Shown piece by piece: positions 1-12,554 of a stretch of DNA of 64,000 bases. The stretch comes from an uncultured Methylomirabilota bacterium (GTDB taxonomy: Bacteria; Methylomirabilota; Methylomirabilia; Methylomirabilales; 2-02-FULL-66-22), in the NCBI GenBank assembly GCA_963845565.1, contig CAWJSJ010000002.1, positions 992,001 to 1,056,000 on the forward strand. Direction: 5' to 3'. A model generated the notes under the pieces. That model had not been told where the DNA came from, did no database searches, and saw only the letters and a list, made by a program, of their open reading frames with translations. Both the position numbers and the translations under genes were made by a program. The number at the start of each line of letters is the position of its first letter. Within the stretch, counting starts at the first letter, position 1.

Positions 1-1501
1 GAGCTGTACAAAGGATCCACGCTGCTTCAGACGATCGCGGCGAGCCAGACCTCCGGCGCCAGCAACACGATCACATGGACAGTGCCGAGCATTCCCGAAA
101 CGCTCGCCCGGAACTATCTGCGCATTCGCGTAACGAGCCTCGACTTCCCCGCCGCGAAGGACGAGACATCCTTCTACTGCCAGAAGCCCTGGATCGCCAT
201 CAAGACGCCCGACCCCCAGCAAAACCTCAATATGAACCAGACGTATCAGATCGCGTGGGAGTATCGCGGCGATCCCGGCCGGCACGTCCGGGTCGAGGTG
301 CTGTCCGCCAAGGCAGGCGGCTACGACATGAAGGCGTTCGAGACGCCGGCGCAAAGCGCGCCGATGCAGGCGAGCGGTGCCAAGTGGGGAGAGGGGCAAG
401 TCTCCTGGACCTTGACCAACAGGGGCCCGCACCAAAACTTGTACATCCAGCTGCAGAGCGTGGAAGACAAGACCGTCGGGGATCGCAAGCAGTACTACAT
501 CGCAGTACGCGGGCTCGGGCGGCACGAGTTTCGGTGGCGTGACCGTCGGATCCGGTTCCAGCGGCAGCGGGACGAGCACCACGAGCGGCACCTCGAGCAG
601 CGGCGCGACGAGCGGCAGCGGGACGAGCTCGGGCGCCGGCAGCGCGTTTCCGAGCAACTGCAGCGGCGGGCTGCAAAGCGGGAGGCTCGAGCTCACGGGC
701 GCGAGGACGCTGAAGTATAATCCGAGCGACTCCGCCACCTTCCGGTCGTCATCGTTCGTTACCCTGGATGCGAACTGCTACGCCCTCTTGGGGCTGCTCG
801 CCAGTGACCAGCAGCTGAAGTATCGAGCGGCCAATTCCGCGTCGGCCTTGTTCCGTCTGGGCTCGCCCGCCTACTTCAGCAACGGCTACGTGCAGCAGGG
901 CCAGCTCTACGGTGACCAGGTCGTGGAATATGGGCCGTCGCGCACCGTCAACCTCTACGGCAGCTCGGTGCCGAAGTTCGCCGGAGGATACCTGCAGACC
1001 GGCCGGGTCCTGGGAGATCAGGCGCTGGACTACCGGCCGGGTCGCTCCATCTACGTGCGCAGCGCCTCGGGGGCGGCCTTCGCCAACGGCTATGTCAAGA
1101 CCGGCCAGCTGGCGAGCGAGCACTCCCTGGAATACCGGGCGGGCCAGAGCACGTCGTTCAGAGCCTCTTCACTCGTCACCTTTCGCCCGGATGGCTACGT
1201 GCAGTCCGGGCAGCTAGACTCGGAGCCGACCCTCGAGTACAAACCCGGGGGATCGACCCGCTTCAAGTTCCGGGTGGAATTCCGATCCGGCGGGTACGTG
1301 AAGTCCGGATTCGTGGCGTATGAGACAACGCTGGAGACCGCGCAGGGGAGCCAGGCCGTCCCGGCGTACGCCTACGTCACCTTCGACGACGCCGGCCGCA
1401 TGGTGTCGTTCAACCCGCCGACTTTCTCCGCCTGCTACACATGCGATCCCGAGCAGGACCACGACTGCTCGCACAGCGGGGGGCTTCCGCCCTGCAAATA
1501 A
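1..1501 (+). CDS. 5'-truncated putative secreted/surface protein: Ig-like N-terminal domains, Ser/Gly/Thr linker, ~34-aa beta repeats and a Cys-rich tail; one frameshift near 517-520
   Basis: Frame 1 is open from base 1 (ELYKGSTLLQTIAAS...) through ORF 82..720. Removing one base near ctcgggcggc joins it to ORF 539..1501 (GGTSFGGVTVGSGSSG...). The repeat unit is F-x-x-G-Y-V-x-x-G-x-L...L-E-Y. Confidence 0.6.
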
Positions 1502-1697
1502 GGTGTGGGCGGTGAAGGCGCCTCGCCGAAGCGTACAGCCGGAGCGCGGCCGAGCGAGGTCCGCTCGGGAGCGTTCGCGGATCATTCCGGCGTGAAGATG
1601 GCCGATTTGACCTCTGGTGGCTGACTCCTCCGCTCTTCAAGAGCGAGATGCGAGAGACGCGCAGTCGCGGGCCATCAGTCGGGAAGGGAGAAGCTTC

Positions 1698-2753
1698 ATG
1701 CAACAAAACGACTCTCAGCTGGTGATCCGGGATGTCCCGATTTTCCAGTGGGTATTTGCATTTTTTTTCGCGGGCGTCGGCACTTTGGTCATCAATCAGG
1801 GAGGTCCGCCGGTTTTTGGGGGCATCTTTGCGGCTGTTGGTGTGGGTTTCCTGCTTTTCAGCGGCGTCCTGACCATCACCGCGGACCGGATTACACGAAC
1901 GTTGAAACTCGATTACCGCTCTGCATTGCGCCACACATTGAAGCAGGTGCATTTTGACGAGATCGCCGGCATCAATGTAGAACGCATCGTTAGCGGCGGC
2001 AAAAGAGGTTTTACGTACCGGCTGACTTTACTGCGGAAGGACGGACAGGTAGTCCCATTCCGGTCGTCCAGTTCAAGCGGCTGGAAGGGGAAGGAACGGT
2101 CTGCAGGCCAACTGCGCGAATTTCTCGGGATTCAGGATTCCAACCGCATCCCCGCCGGGATCCTGCCCGCGGAGCTGTCGCAGGCAGCCGAAATCCACGA
2201 GACGAACGGCGTACACTGGCGAATTCAGCCGATGTATACCGCCAGTTCTTCAGCCCCCACCGGAGTCCGCTGGCATTCGCCGGACTTCAAGACGCCGGGC
2301 ATTTTCCTGTTTGTGGCGCAGAAAGCCGAAGGGCAGCCGTCACGAGGTTTTCTGGCGTCTCTGGGTAGCATGTTTATCCGGCAGGCCCTCTCGCTCCACG
2401 GCTTTTCGCCGGAGGATACGCCCGCCCTGGAACAGGCCGTGACCTTGGCTCCGCTTGAACCGGCGCTCGAGCGCCACTTCATGGCGTACACCAATTCTCC
2501 ATCCTCGGCTCATCAGTTGCTGAATTCGAGGGTCACAACACATCTTACGGATTGGGCTGCGCGCTATCCGTTGAAACAGTTACAAGGAGGATCGGGTTCC
2601 GGTCAGCTAATGACCCTTTTCGGGCCGAATGGCGTCTACCTGGCCACGCTGAACCTGTTGCAGCGCAATCAGGCCCACGAACTAGTCTCACTGGGAGTGG
2701 AACTGGTCAAAAGTCAGAGCGCCGGTTTGGGGCAATTCTCTTCCGCCCATTAG
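1698..2753 (+). CDS. hypothetical membrane protein (two N-terminal TM segments, soluble C-terminal region)
   Basis: ATG at 1698 after GGGAG; hydrophobic segments IFQWVFAFFFAGVGTLVI and VFGGIFAAVGVGFLLF; visibly more AT-rich than its flanks. Confidence 0.7.
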   Translation: MQQNDSQLVIRDVPIFQWVFAFFFAGVGTLVINQGGPPVFGGIFAAVGVGFLLFSGVLTITADRITRTLKLDYRSALRHTLKQVHFDEIAGINVERIVSGGKRGFTYRLTLLRKDGQVVPFRSSSSSGWKGKERSAGQLREFLGIQDSNRIPAGILPAELSQAAEIHETNGVHWRIQPMYTASSSAPTGVRWHSPDFKTPGIFLFVAQKAEGQPSRGFLASLGSMFIRQALSLHGFSPEDTPALEQAVTLAPLEPALERHFMAYTNSPSSAHQLLNSRVTTHLTDWAARYPLKQLQGGSGSGQLMTLFGPNGVYLATLNLLQRNQAHELVSLGVELVKSQSAGLGQFSSAH

Positions 2754-3034
2754 CGCATTCTCTTTCGTGGTTGATCTGCGCAGAGCAAAAGTTCCAGTCT
2801 TTGTCGTCTTGCGATCGCCTCGGGGGCCGCATGCTCGGCCACGCGTTGTGATGCGCGACGTCGTCTGCCTCGTAGGGGGGGCGGTCTGCCACGCCCCGCC
2901 AGGCCGTGTGGAGGAGGGGAGGGGCAGCCGCGGCAAACGCGTGGCGACGTGCCTCGCGCGAGGGAGGCGGGTCGGTGCGGAAACGGGGTTAGTGGAAAAG
3001 AGTCGCAAGACGACGTAAACCGGAACGTCCCCAA

Positions 3035-3445
3035 TTACTTGAAGAGGTCGTCGAAGGCCTGCCGACCGGACCTGGGGGCGGCGGCCTGCGTTTCGCGCTC
3101 CACGGTCGTGCGAGGCTTCCAGAGCGTGCAGTCGTTGCGAGCATCCTTCACGGCAATCCTCGCCGCAATCGGCTGCAGGCACTGCAGACGGGCGCCCGGA
3201 TCGAAGAACGCGCACTGCGTGCACGCGTGGAGCTCCGCGCCGCACTTGCCGCACCGCGCGGTGCTCACGTCCGCGTTGGACAGCTCGCCTGCGCAGCGCG
3301 CGCAGCGGATGACCTCCCGCCACTTCATCAGGTTCAGGGCGCGCGGCCCCTCGGGTTGGTCGGCGGGAGGACGAGGACCGGGCGCCCGCGGCGTTTTTCG
3401 GTCGTCGTTCTGGTACCCGCGCTGTCGGTACTTGCGGTCGGACAT
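3035..3445 (-). CDS. small Cys-rich putative zinc-binding protein
   Basis: MSDRKYRQRGY... with CARC, CGKC, CTQC and two further Cys. Confidence 0.7.
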   Translation of the reverse strand: MSDRKYRQRGYQNDDRKTPRAPGPRPPADQPEGPRALNLMKWREVIRCARCAGELSNADVSTARCGKCGAELHACTQCAFFDPGARLQCLQPIAARIAVKDARNDCTLWKPRTTVERETQAAAPRSGRQAFDDLFK

Positions 3446-3780
3446 CGCCCAGTCTCGCCCTCGGTCACGCGCTCCGCTCCCGCCGGCGCCCGCCCCGCGG
3501 GCGGACGTCATCGGCGAAGCAGGGGATGGGATATTTACCGGATGTTATCCTGATGGCGCTGGCGACGCCAGTCCTGAATGGGTGCCGGTCCCCCAGCACC
3601 ATCCGTGAGATGCTCTCGACTGACCAGACATCGTCGCTGCGCGCGTTCGAGTCCGTGCCGCTTCCCCGGTAGGGGCGAAGGTGGGCACTGGCTCGCAACA
3701 TGTCCAGTGGGATGCGGCGTGCGAGGCTGGCGTCGGTGACGTGGGGGACAGATCTCAGCCCGCCGCCCGACTAGATGCAG

Positions 3781-3803
3781 AAAAGAGGTACCGGACACCT
3801 TTT
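3781..3803. repeat. short REP-like imperfect palindrome AAAAGAGGTACCGGACACCTTTT
   Basis: AAAAG-AGGT / ACCT-TTT arms in an intergenic region. Confidence 0.35.
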
Positions 3804-3985
3804 GGCTCGTAAGTGATGGATCTTGCGAGAGGCTGATTTCACTTTTGGGCCGCTACACAGGGGCCGGAGCTCCACGCAGGAGCACCCGGAGTGCGAATCA
3901 CACGGGCTGCCCCGACGGCGGCGACGGCTTCAGGTTTCACCCGCCTGATGGGCCGACCGCCAAGAATGGGATTCGCCCATTCAGC

Positions 3986-3998
3986 AAATCAACGGGTT
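3986..3998 (+). promoter_or_regulatory. IHF-binding consensus site
   Basis: AATCAACGGGTTA matches WATCAANNNNTTR exactly; lies in the gap before the ABC operon. Confidence 0.35.
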
Positions 3999-4209
3999 AG
4001 CTCTCGTTGTGTGGCGAATCGCCACCGTGTTAGAGGCGCGGACCAGTCGGGCCGCCGACGAGGGGTCCGGAAAGGAATCGCCAATTCTGCATGACGCAGA
4101 GTGTGGCGCTAGAAGGCGAGCGGGGCGGTCATCCGGGGCGGGCGTACCGTCGTCCACCGTCCCCCGCGTCTGGCGACCGTTTGACGCTCTCCGAGACGGG
4201 CGGACTGCA

Positions 4210-5234
<1,025 letters not shown>

Positions 5235-5238
<4 letters not shown>

Positions 5239-6278
5239 TCGGACACCTCGGCATCGTGGTACAGGAAGCAGCTCACCGCTGCCGGTCTCCCACCGCCTGG
5301 AGCGCGGGGGTTCGCGCGTCGCACCTGCCCGGCATGCGCTTGATCGCAGCGGGGATGGAAGGGACAGCCCCGGGGCCTGTTGAAGGGATGCGGGATCGAG
5401 CCGCTGATCGTCGGCAGGTCGACCCGCGGCTGCGAGCTGACGCTGGGGATGGAGCGCAGGAGCGCCTGGGTGTAGGGATGCTTGGGCGCGTGGAAGATGT
5501 CGTCCACCGGGCCCTGCTCCATGACCAGCCCCAGGTACATGACCATGACGTAGTCGGCCATCTGGGCGATGACGCCGAGGTCGTGGGTGATGAAGATGAT
5601 CGCCGACGTTGCGCTCCTGCTGCAGCTCGCGCAGCAGGCGCAGCACCTGCGCCTGGGTCGTCACGTCGACGGCGGTGGTCGGCTCGTCGGCGATGAGCAG
5701 GCGGGGGTTGCAGGAGAGGGCCATGGCGATGATGGCGCGCTGGCGCAGCCCGCCGCTGAGCTGCCAGGAGTATGCGTCCAGGCGCTGCTCGGGCATCGGG
5801 ATGCCCACGTCCCGCAGCAGGTCGATGGCGAGATCCGCGCGCCGCCTTCTTGCCGATCGGACTGGTGCAGCATGATCGTCTTCGACGATCTGGTTCCCGA
5901 TGGTGTGCACCGGGCTGAACGACGCCATCGGCTCCTGCGGGATGAGCGCGATCTGCGCCGCCGCGGATCGAGCGCATCTCCTCGCCGTTCGCGGATCCAG
6001 CTCGGCCAGGTCGACGACCTCCTCGCCGCCCGTCCCGTCCCGACGGGCCGGCGCAGCAGGATCTGGCCGCGGACGATCTTGCCCGGGGTCTCGACGATGC
6101 GGAGGACGGACTTCATGGTCACGCTCTTCCCGCAGCCGCTCTCGCCCACGATGCCGAAGACTCTGGCCGGCGTCGACGTCGAAGCTGACCCCGTCGACGG
6201 CCGGACGACCCCTTCGTCCAGCAGGAAGTGGGTCTTCAGGTCGCGCACCGACAGCAGCGGGCGGGCTCTGGTTGCCAT
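5235..6278 (-). CDS. oligopeptide/dipeptide ABC ATP-binding subunit (OppD/DppD-like), frameshifted
   Basis: [35 protein letters not shown] over several frames. Confidence 0.85.
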
Positions 6279-6288
6279 CGTGCCTCCC

Positions 6289-7445
6289 CTAGTGCCCGTA
6301 CGGGTCGGCGGCGTCGCGCAGGCCGTCGCCGACCAGGTTGAACGCCAGCACCGCGAGGATCACGACCAGGCCCGGGGATCATCAGCCACGGCGCCAGCGC
6401 CACCGTCTGGATGTTCTGCGCCTCCTGCAGCAGCACGCCCCAGCTGATCGCCGGCGGCCGGATGCCCAGGCCCAGGAAGCTCAGCGAGGTCTCGCTGATG
6501 ATCATGACCGGGATGGCCAGGGTGCTCGGCGGCGATGATGTGGCTGATGAACGCGGGAACCATGTGCCGCAGGATGATGCGCAGGCTGGCTGCACCCGGC
6601 CAGCTCCGCGGCCAGGACGAAGTCCTCCTCGCGCAGCGACAGGAAGCGGCCGCGCACCTCGCGCGCCAGCGTCGTCCAGCCGATGAAGGCCAGGATGATG
6701 GTGATGGCGAGGAAGACCTGCTCCGGGCGCCAGTCCTGCGGCAGGGCCGCGGTCATCACGAGCCAGATCGGGATCGTCGGCAGCGACTGCAGCAGCTCGA
6801 TCGAGGCGCTGGATGATCATGTCGATCCAGCCGCCGAAATACCCGGAGATGCCGCCGAGGAGGACGCCGAGGATCGACGCTCAGCGCGACGGCGACCAGG
6901 CCGACGGTCATCGAGGTGCGCGTGCCGAACATCATGCGCGACCACTGGTCGCGCCCCAGCCGGTCGGTGCCGAGGAAGTGCGGCCGCCCGCTCGGACGCC
7001 GGGATCCCTGGCGCCGATCAGGTGGATGTCGGTCTCGAACAGGCCCAGCACCTTGTACGTGTACCCGCGCACGAAGAAGCGCGATGGGGATGCGCGTCCG
7101 TCGGATCCGCCGCCCACTCCATCTTCAGCGTGACGGGGTTGCGCTTGCCGACGACGGCCGGCACCGACGGGCGGAATCCCGTCTGGTCGAAGAGGGAGAT
7201 CCGCTGCACGGGAATGAAGGCGCAGCGCGGCCTCGGTCTCCTCGGGATCCTGGGTGCGCGAAGAAGTCCGGCACCAGGACGACGACGTAGAACACGAGCA
7301 GCACGACGCGCGCTCGCGACGGCCAGGCGGTTCTTGCGGAATCGCCACCAGACCAGCTTCCAGTTCGACGCGACGGAGACGCGCTCCTCGGCCTTGGAGG
7401 ACAGCTCGGTCGCCGAGCGGGCTCGGCCTGCAGCTCGTCCGCCAT
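6289..7445 (-). CDS. oligopeptide ABC permease (OppC/DppC-like), frameshifted
   Basis: WKLVWWRFRKNRLAV, AREVRGRFLSLREEDFV, ETSLSFLGLGIRPPAISWG in different frames. Confidence 0.8.
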
Positions 7446-7448
7446 GAG

Positions 7449-8445
7449 CTACGTTCCCTCCATCCGGATGCGCGGATCGAACAGCGCGAGCAGGATGTCC
7501 GAGATCAGCGTGCCGACGATGGTGAGGAAGCAGTAGATCAGCAGGATGCTCCCGGCGAGGTACATGTCCTGCTGGATCAGCGCGCGCAGCAGCAGCGGCC
7601 CGATGTTCGGCAGGTTCATCACGGTGGCCACGATCAGGCTGCCCGAGAACAGCTGCGGCAGGTACCAGCCGATGGTGCTGATGAGCGGGTTGAACGCCAG
7701 GCGCACCGGGTACTTGAGCACCAGCCTCCACTCCGACATGCCCTTGGCGCGCGCCGTGACGACGTAGGGCTTGTTCAGCTCGTCGAGCAGGTTGGCGCGC
7801 ATGATGCGCGTCAGGCGCGCGGTGCCGGCCACGCCGAGCACGATGGCGGGCAGCCAGATGTGCTTGAGCAGGTCGACGAACCGCGCCGACGCTCCACGGC
7901 GCCTGCGCGTACTCGGGCGAGAACAGGCCCGGTGATCATCAGGCCGAAGTTGGAGAACGCAGATCCACATCAGGATGAGCGCCAGCATGAAGTTCGGCGT
8001 GGCCACGCCGACGTAGTTCAGGACCGCGAAGAGGTAGTCCAGCGATCGTGTTCTTGTGCATCGCCGAATAGATGCCGGCCGGGATGGCCACGACCCACGT
8101 GATGACGAAGGCGAACAGGGCCAGCAGCAGCGTGACCAGCAGCCGCTCGCCGATCAGCTCGGTGTTCGGCCGCTGGTACTCGAGCGACAGGCCGAGGTCG
8201 CCCCTGACGATGCTCTCCATCCAGCGCAGGTACTGGACGTAGACGGGCTGGTCCAGGCCGAACTGCTGCTTGAGCGCCTCGACCTGCGCGGCGTCCATCG
8301 AGGAGCCGGAGGAGGCGAGCATGGCCACGTAGCTGGTCAGGAAGTCGCCCGGGGGCGCCTGCACCAGGGCGAAGACGACGACCGTGAAGAGCGAGCATCA
8401 GCAGCGGGCAGCAGCAGCGAGGCGTTTGATGATGAAACGAAGCAT
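7449..8445 (-). CDS. oligopeptide ABC permease (OppB/DppB-like), frameshifted
   Basis: MLRFIIKRL, PPGDF...GLDQPVYVQY...GDLG, YVVTARAKG (EAA region), DPRIR C-terminus. Confidence 0.85.
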
Positions 8446-8463
8446 CGCGAGGTCTTCCCATAA

Positions 8464-8507
8464 AGACAGGAGACGGGGAGGCAGCAGAGCCTCCCCGCCT
8501 GCCTGTC
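8464..8507 (-). other. intergenic stem-loop between the substrate-binding gene and the first permease
   Basis: GACAGG..ACGGGGAGGC / GCCTCCCCG..CCTGTC inverted repeat. Confidence 0.5.
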
Positions 8508-8524
8508 GGTCCTTCGTCGGAACG

Positions 8525-10509
8525 CTACTTGCTTGAAGAACCACACCTCCGGACGGCCGTTGCCCGGCGTGCGCAGCGGCCAGTCCTTGGTCAGGTTGGC
8601 CGGAACGTTGTGCAGCTTCGCGTTGACCACGGCCACGCCCTGGTCGGTCGCGGTCAGGCCGACGGTGCCGATCTCGAACATGTTGTCCACCCAGATCCTG
8701 AAGAGCTCCTGGGCGATCTCGACCTTCTCGCGCCGGGCCGGCGGCCTTGGCCTTGTCCTGCAGCTCGATGATCCTCTTGGCCTCGGGCGGCGGCTCCACG
8801 CCCTCCTTGCCGTTGGTGTCGAACCACTGCTTCCACAGCGGTCCGTAGGTGAGGTTCCCGTACAGGTCCTTGCGGAAGTCGTACTTGGTCGAGCCGGTGA
8901 ACGGGAAGCCCGCGGTGTCCTGGTTCCAGAGCTCGGCCTGCAGGTCGTTGGCCTGGCGCATCTGGAAGTGCAGCGCGCGCTCGCGGATCTGCATGTTCAC
9001 CTTGATGCCGACCTTCTCGAAGTCCCTGGTGACCAGCGTGCCGATGTCGCGGTAGGGACCGAAGACCTCGACCACCGACAGCTCGATCAGCGACGCGCTT
9101 GCCGCTCGGGAACAGGCGGAAGCCTTCGGCGTCCTTCTTGTTCAGGCCGATCGAGTCGAGCAGTCTGGTTGGCCTCGGCCAGGTTCGTACTCGGTGTACT
9201 TGAAGGCGTACTCGTCGCCGGGGTAGTAGGGGTGGCCCTTCTTCGGGAACGGCCTGGCGCGGCTCGCCGGTGCCGAGGAACGCGGACTCGTTGATCTGCT
9301 TGCGGTTGATCGCGTAGGACATGGCGATGCGGAAGTCCTTGTTCGCGAAGAGCTTGCCCAGCTCCGGGTCCTTGGCGTAGGTCTGGTTGAAGACCACGCC
9401 GGCGTCATGCCCGCCGGGGCTCGACCACAGGAAGATCTTGTACTTGCCCAGCTTCTGCTCGTTCTCCTTGAGCACCGGGTAGTTCAGCAGGTTGATGTGG
9501 CGCTCCTGCTCGTCCAGCTCGCCGGCGATGGCGGCCAGGTTGAGCGCCTGCGCGTCGGCGAAGAACTTGAACTGGACCTCGTCGATGTACGGCAGCTGGT
9601 TGCCGGCCTTGTCCACGCCGATGTAGTAGGGGTTGCGCTTCAGGATGAAGATCTGGTCGCTGATGCGGTTCGAGGCGATCCAGGCGGCCATGCCCGGCCG
9701 CTCGGGGTTGTCGAAGGGGCTCTGCTTGTTGGCGAACAGCTCGACCCAGGTCTTGAACTTGGCGTCCGCCACCATCTTGTCCAGGTCTTCCTTCTTGGCG
9801 TACTGGCGTGGAACTGCTTCAGGTACTTGGACGGCAGGAAGATCGGGATACTGCCTGTCGCCGTAGTCCTTGGTGGTGAGCTCGAGCAGGAAGTTGGTGT
9901 TGGGCTCCTTGAAGGTCCAGCGTGACGCGTCAGGTCGTCGATCTTCTGCACCTGCGACCGGGAGCCGTCCTTGTTCAGCATCCAGGCCGGCATGGCGGGC
10001 ACGAGGTCCTTGTTCAGGAGCACGTCCTTGTACCAGAACATGATGTCGTCGGCGGTGAAGGGCGAGCCGTCCGACCACTTGATCCCCTTGCGCAGCTTGA
10101 CGGTCCAGGTCTTGAAATCCGCGGACGGGGTGACGCTCTCCGCCAGCTTCATCTCGATCGTGGCGCCGTCCGGGCCGAAGCGGACGAGCACGTCGTAGAT
10201 GACGCGGTTGACGCCGTTGAAGTCCGACGGCCCCAGGAAGCCGCGGCGCCAGACGCCGCCGTACTGGCCGATCTCGTCGGCCGGGACGACCAGCGGGTTC
10301 TCGGGCAGGCGCTTCTCGACCGGCGGCAGCTTGCCGGCCTTGACCAGCTCGGCCAGCTCGGGCGCTTCCTTGTACTTCATGGCGGGCGCGGCGGCCTTTG
10401 TGGGCGCCGCCTTGGAGTCCGGGGCCTTCTTGGCCTCGCCGGCAAATGCCGGCGGCAGCGCGATTGCCGCGCACAGGCAGGCGATGATGATGAGCGTCAG
10501 TCGCTTCAT
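8525..10509 (-). CDS. ABC peptide/oligosaccharide substrate-binding protein (family 5), frameshifted
   Basis: AGGAGG RBS, signal peptide MKRLTLIIIACL..., GKLPPVEKRLPENP, LRKGIKWSDGSPFTADD, RNPYY...GNQLPYID. Confidence 0.85.
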
Positions 10510-10930
10510 AACCGATCCTCCTTGAGAAGCCATCAACTGCATTCTGTCAGTGGGGCACTCTCTGCGCCGGGTCCAATAGCTAAACTCCACTCCTCCTTTG
10601 GCTGTGATCGCAACAGAGTAGCGAAAGGCTACACCCGCCAAAAGTGTCTGTCAATGCTGACGGGGGGCCCTGTTCTCCGGCTAGCGCGCGCAGGGAGAAC
10701 GGACGGCGTGTCGCGACCGCAGCCGGGGCGACCCGGCGCAAGGCCGGGCGGTTCCGGGTACCCACCCAACCGGGTGGGTGCAGGCGCCAGGCGGCCGGAG
10801 GGGCCGGTCCGGCCCCCGGCCGCGTCCACTCGCACGAAGGCCGCCCTGGCGTTAGCCGGAGATTTGGGGGGGTCGTCTACACCGAGAGATGTGCGGGGGT
10901 CGAGGTTCGCCATCGGCTCGACCGATTGCG

Positions 10931-12370
10931 CTACGCCGTGGGTGGTTCTCCGGCGAGTTCCCGGAGCAGGCCGAGGGCCGTCTCCGCGACCTTCTCGGCG
11001 GCCCCGGGCGCAACGGCCGCGGGGAGGCGGTATCCCTTGTAGGAGTGGTCCACCTCGTACCCGCCGTCGGGGTAGGCGTCGACGACCGGAAGGTAACCGA
11101 TGCAACCGTTGGAATACGCCGCCACCAGCGTCGAACCGAACGGCGACGCCTGCTTGATCGCCAGCTGAATCTCGACGAACAGTTCCCCCGCCACGCCGAC
11201 GATCGCCACGTCATTCAGGCGCATGGCCTGGACAGGAACGTCGACGCGCAACGGGCCAGGCGCCTGCTCGACGGTTCGGAGCAGCATCTCCGCCCACATC
11301 TTCTGATAACGGAACGGATTCAACTCGTCGGGATCCGTGGTCTGCCGTAACAGTGTGTCCAGCGCCGCGCCGCGCTCCTCCAGGATGCGCCGGGCCTCCC
11401 GGGCATCCGGCACGGGAGCCAGCGGGAGCGAGAGCACCGTCTCGCGTGCGGCGACACGGTCGGGCCCTGCGGGCTCCACGGGTTCCTGGCGCACCAGGTG
11501 AAATGTGGCCACGGAGGTGAGCCAGTACTCGCGCTCGACCGTGGTACGCGTGTCGATCTCCAGGAAGGCCTTGGCGGCCTCCAGCCCCAGGACGGTGCCG
11601 GCGCGCTCCGCCTCCCGGGTGTCCGGGTGCATCGGGTTGCGGGGGTTCATGTTCCCGGTGGCCCCCTGCAGGAACAGGCACGTGGCGCCCGTCTCGCGCT
11701 CCACCGTCCGCCGCATGGGGCCGGGATAGTCGGGGCTGATGAGACGACTGGCCGATCCGGCGAAGATCGGATGGCACGTGTAGTTGACCAGCGCCGCCAA
11801 CGGGCGGCCGTCCAGGCGGTCGACGCGCACGACACCGACGTCCTGATCCACCGGCCCACCACGATTGTCCCCAAGGACCACGCGGCCGTCCGGGAGCTTT
11901 TCGCGCCGGTTCACGGCAAGAGCGATCCGGCCCGTCCCGGCGCCGATCCGGGCCGGCTGCATGGTCGCCCCGGCCTGCTTGACGGCGGAGAGGAGCAGGT
12001 GGGGCAAAGACCGGATGTACGCCTCCTCCTCGGGGCGCACCCGGTCCTGTTCTCCCCCGATCTTCACCGGCGAGCTGGTCGGAGCCGAATGCGAGTGGGT
12101 GCAGTTGACGAGCACATGGGAGCGCCGGGTCCCCAGGAAGCCGGCGACGGCATCGCGGATCTCGTCCACCAGCGGCGGATGGAGGTAGATGAGATCGCAA
12201 TCGAGGATGGCGACGGTCGTATCATCGGCGGAGGCCACCAGCGCCGTCGCGTACATGTCCATGTGGATCCCGGTGGACGGCCGGCTCCGCCGGGAGTACC
12301 CCATGAGATCGACCCCAACGGGCGGAGTGATCGTCGCCCGCCCCACCCCGACCTGCAGTGTCGAATCCAT
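10931..12370 (-). CDS. neutral/alkaline ceramidase N-terminal-domain family hydrolase
   Basis: ITPP...LMGY, NCTHSHSAP, VNYTCHP, SPDYPG, LQGATGN, GELF, GYLP...GGYE motifs. Confidence 0.8.
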   Translation of the reverse strand: MDSTLQVGVGRATITPPVGVDLMGYSRRSRPSTGIHMDMYATALVASADDTTVAILDCDLIYLHPPLVDEIRDAVAGFLGTRRSHVLVNCTHSHSAPTSSPVKIGGEQDRVRPEEEAYIRSLPHLLLSAVKQAGATMQPARIGAGTGRIALAVNRREKLPDGRVVLGDNRGGPVDQDVGVVRVDRLDGRPLAALVNYTCHPIFAGSASRLISPDYPGPMRRTVERETGATCLFLQGATGNMNPRNPMHPDTREAERAGTVLGLEAAKAFLEIDTRTTVEREYWLTSVATFHLVRQEPVEPAGPDRVAARETVLSLPLAPVPDAREARRILEERGAALDTLLRQTTDPDELNPFRYQKMWAEMLLRTVEQAPGPLRVDVPVQAMRLNDVAIVGVAGELFVEIQLAIKQASPFGSTLVAAYSNGCIGYLPVVDAYPDGGYEVDHSYKGYRLPAAVAPGAAEKVAETALGLLRELAGEPPTA

Positions 12371-12449
12371 GGCGAGTGTTCCCTCCGCCGCCTCCGATGG
12401 CGCTGGCAGCCGGCGGAGCCGCCGGATGCGCCCTCCGGGGATTGATTGC

Positions 12450-12554
12450 TTAGGAGCCGTTACGAAATAGCCTATACATCTCTTTCTATTTCGTTACGGC
12501 TCCTTATGCCGTTTCGGAATGTCTCCGCTCAACTAATTCTTTGACAACGGCTTA
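12450..12554. mobile_element. TTA-flanked tandem mini inverted-repeat element (MITE/REP-like), copy 1
   Basis: TTA-GGAGCCGTTACGAAATAG..CTATTTCGTTACGGCTCC-TTA-TGCCGTTTCGGAAT..ATTCTTTGACAACGGC-TTA; differs from 16320-16424 at one base. Confidence 0.85.

Noticed and set aside
3940..3956. CGCCTGATGGGCCGA matching part of motif A
   Set aside because: The 15-nt match has no flanking similarity and lacks the paired GCCCG arm.
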